Origin: Ginglymostoma cirratum
Taxonomy: Eukaryota
DNA: 35,928 bases
Assembly (NCBI GenBank): GCA_024137785.1
Contig: JAHRHZ010000027.1
Coordinates: forward strand, 1-35,928
Direction of reading: 5' to 3'
Shown here: positions 33,543-35,928 of the stretch, piece by piece
Layout: the number at the start of each line of letters is the position of its first letter
How positions within the stretch are numbered: the stretch's first letter is position 1
The notes under the pieces: model-generated
The model's database searches: none
Told to the model about the DNA's origin: nothing
What the model saw: the letters and a program-made list of their open reading frames with translations, nothing else
Program-made: the position numbers and the translations under genes

Positions 33543-35928
33543 AGGATTTGTGATCCCAGGGATGAGGTATTCAGACTTCCAACAGACACAACAGGGAGTG
33601 AGGTTGTTAATAAAGAAATGCAGTCGATGGAGCGTAATTGTGGACACAGGGATGGTTTGAAGTGTGTATACTTCAACGATAGAAGTATCAGAAATAAGGC
33701 GGATGAACTTACAGCATGGGTCAGTAATTGGAGCAACAAAGTTGTGGCCATGACAGAAACTTGGGTAACTCAGGGACAGGAATGGTTGTTGGAAGTTCTG
33801 GAATTTAGATGCTTTAAAAGAAATAGGGAGGATGGTAAAAGAGGCAGCAGAGTGGCATTGCTAGTCAGGGCCAGTACAGGCGCTACTGAAAGGCAGTTTG
33901 AGAATGGTATGTCGACAGAGTCAGTTTGGGTTGAGATCAGGAACAAGAAAGGATCAGTCACTTTGCTGGGGTATTTTTTTACAGACCCTCTAATAGTTGC
34001 AGAGAAGTGGAGTTGCAGATTAGGAAGCAGATACTGGAAAGGTGCAGAAGTCGGAGGGTTGTAGTGATGGGAGACTTCAACTTTCCAAATATTGATTGGA
34101 AACTTTTTAGTTGTCATAGTTCAGATGGAACAGATTTTGTCCAGTGCATTCAGGAAGGATTCCTGACACAGTAAGTAAATAGACCAACGTGAGGAGAAGC
34201 CACTGTGGATTTTGTGTTTGGCAATGAACCAGCCACGTGTTAGACCTGTTGGTGGGAGCATTTTGGTGGTAGTGATTATAACTCTGTTACTTTTACAATA
34301 GTCATGGAAAAGGATAGGTACATACAGCAGGGTAAGGTTTAGAACTGGGGGAAGGGTAATTATAATTCTGTTAGGCAAGAACAGGGTAGCATAAATTGGG
34401 AACAGATGCTGTCACGGAAGGGCACTATAGAAATGTGCAGATTGTTTAAGGAATGCATACTGCATGTGATTGATATATTTGTCCCTAGCAGGCAGGGAAG
34501 GTGTGGTCGAGTGAGGGAGGCTTGGTTCTTGAGAGAAGTCGAACGACTAGTTAAGAGGAAGAAGGATGCTTATATAAGGTTTCGGAAACAAGGATCAGAA
34601 AAGGCTCTAGAGAGATACAAGTTAGCCAGGAAGGAGATGAAGAAAGGGCTTAGGAGCGCTATAGCAAGAGAAAAACTCGGCAGATGGATCAAGGAAAACT
34701 CCAAGGCTTTTTACACGTACGTGAGAAATAAGAGAATGACCAGAGAAATGGTAGGGCCAATCAAGGATTGTAAAGGGAATTTGTGCACAGAGCCTGAAGA
34801 GATAGGAGAGGTTCTTAATGGATACTTTTCTTCGGTATTCACAACTGAGTGGGACCTAGCTGTAGGGGAGGACAGTGTGAAAAAGGCTGGAAGTCTAGAG
34901 GAGGTGGATGTTAGTAAGGACGATGTACTAGGAATTTTGAGGAACTTGAAGATAGATAAGTCTCCCGGGCCTGATGGGATTTATCCAAGGATTCCTTGAG
35001 AAGCGAGGGAAGAGATTGCAGGGCCTTTGGCGATAAACTTTTCATCCTCACTGTCCACGAGTATAGTGCCGGAAGATTGGAGAGAGGTAAATGTCGTTCC
35101 CTTGTTCAAAAAAAGTGAATAGGAACAACCCCGGAAATTATAGGCCAGATAGTCTTACTTCAGTGGTGGGCAAATTATTGGAAAGGGCTATGAGAAATAG
35201 GATTTATGATCACTTGGATAGGCTCAGTTTGATTCGTGACAGACAGCATGGATTTGTGAGGGGTAGTTTATGACCACTAAACCTTATTGAATTCTTTGAC
35301 GAGGTGACCAAACACGTGGATGAATGTAGAGCAGCGGGGGTCGTATACATGGATTTGAGTAAGGTGTTTGATAAGGTTCCCCATGGTAGGCTCATGGAGA
35401 AAGTAAGGAGGCATGGGATAGGGGGAAATGTGGCAGATTGGATTCAGAATTGGCTGACCCTTAGAAGACAAAAGGTGGTGGTGGACGGAAAATATTCAAC
35501 ATGGTACTTAGTTACAAGTGGTTTATCACAGGGATCTGTGCTGGGTCCTCTTCTATTTGTGATTTTTGTAAATGATTTGGATGTAGGAGTGGAAGGGTGG
35601 ATTAGTGTGTTCGCGGACAATACGAAGGTGGGTTGAGCTGTGGATAGTGCGGAGGGCTGTTCTAGGTTACAAAGGGACATTGATAGGATGCAGAGCTGGG
35701 CTGAGAAGTGGCAGATGGAGTTTAACCCTGAAAAGTGTGAGGTGATTCATTTTGGAAGGACTGATTTGAAAGCAGGATACAGTGTTAACAGAAAGATTCT
35801 TGGCAGTGTGGAGGAGCAGAGGGATCTTGGGGTTCATGTCCACAGTTCCCTGAAAGCTGCCACCCAGGTGGATAGAGTTGTTGAGAAGGCATATGATGTG
35901 TTAGTTTTTATTAATAGAAGGATTGAGT
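33543..35928 (+). mobile_element. Young CR1 LINE (endonuclease + RT, disrupted), runs off the window
   Basis: LKCVYFNDRSIRNK..MTETW (APE), KSPGPDGIYP, YMDLSKVFDKVPH, QGSVLGP, FADNT; same subfamily as 20746-23055. Confidence 0.96.

Overview
Eukaryotic genomic DNA, most likely from a shark or other cartilaginous fish (inferred from HE1-type V-SINEs, CR1 LINEs and Penelope-like relics). The window holds three head-to-tail, minus-strand copies of an intron-containing immunoglobulin-superfamily receptor gene: leader / CD300-pIgR-type V domain / C2-type domain(s) / Cys-containing Ser-Thr stalk / transmembrane exon ending in a 4-aa tail. This resembles the chondrichthyan modular domain immune-type receptors (MDIR). 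Unit 1 (about 1-7.9 kb) is a pseudogene: three stops in V, a frameshift in C2 and a stop in the stalk. Unit 2 (about 14.4-29 kb) can be spliced by hand through canonical GT-AG sites into an intact 297-aa type I membrane protein, provided a decayed TM exon and a dead second C2 exon are skipped. Unit 3 (29.2 kb to the window end) shows only its 3' half: dead C2, stop-containing stalk and TM. Each unit lacks a different part of a duplicated C2-stalk-TM module. Intergenic and intronic DNA is dense in CR1 LINEs (old and young, nested), two SINE families, Penelope-like fragments with degenerate hammerhead ribozyme cores, and a fossil PIF/Harbinger transposon. Most ORFs in the six-frame track are transposon fragments or spurious. 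Repeat boundaries are approximate; exon boundaries were read from splice sites.
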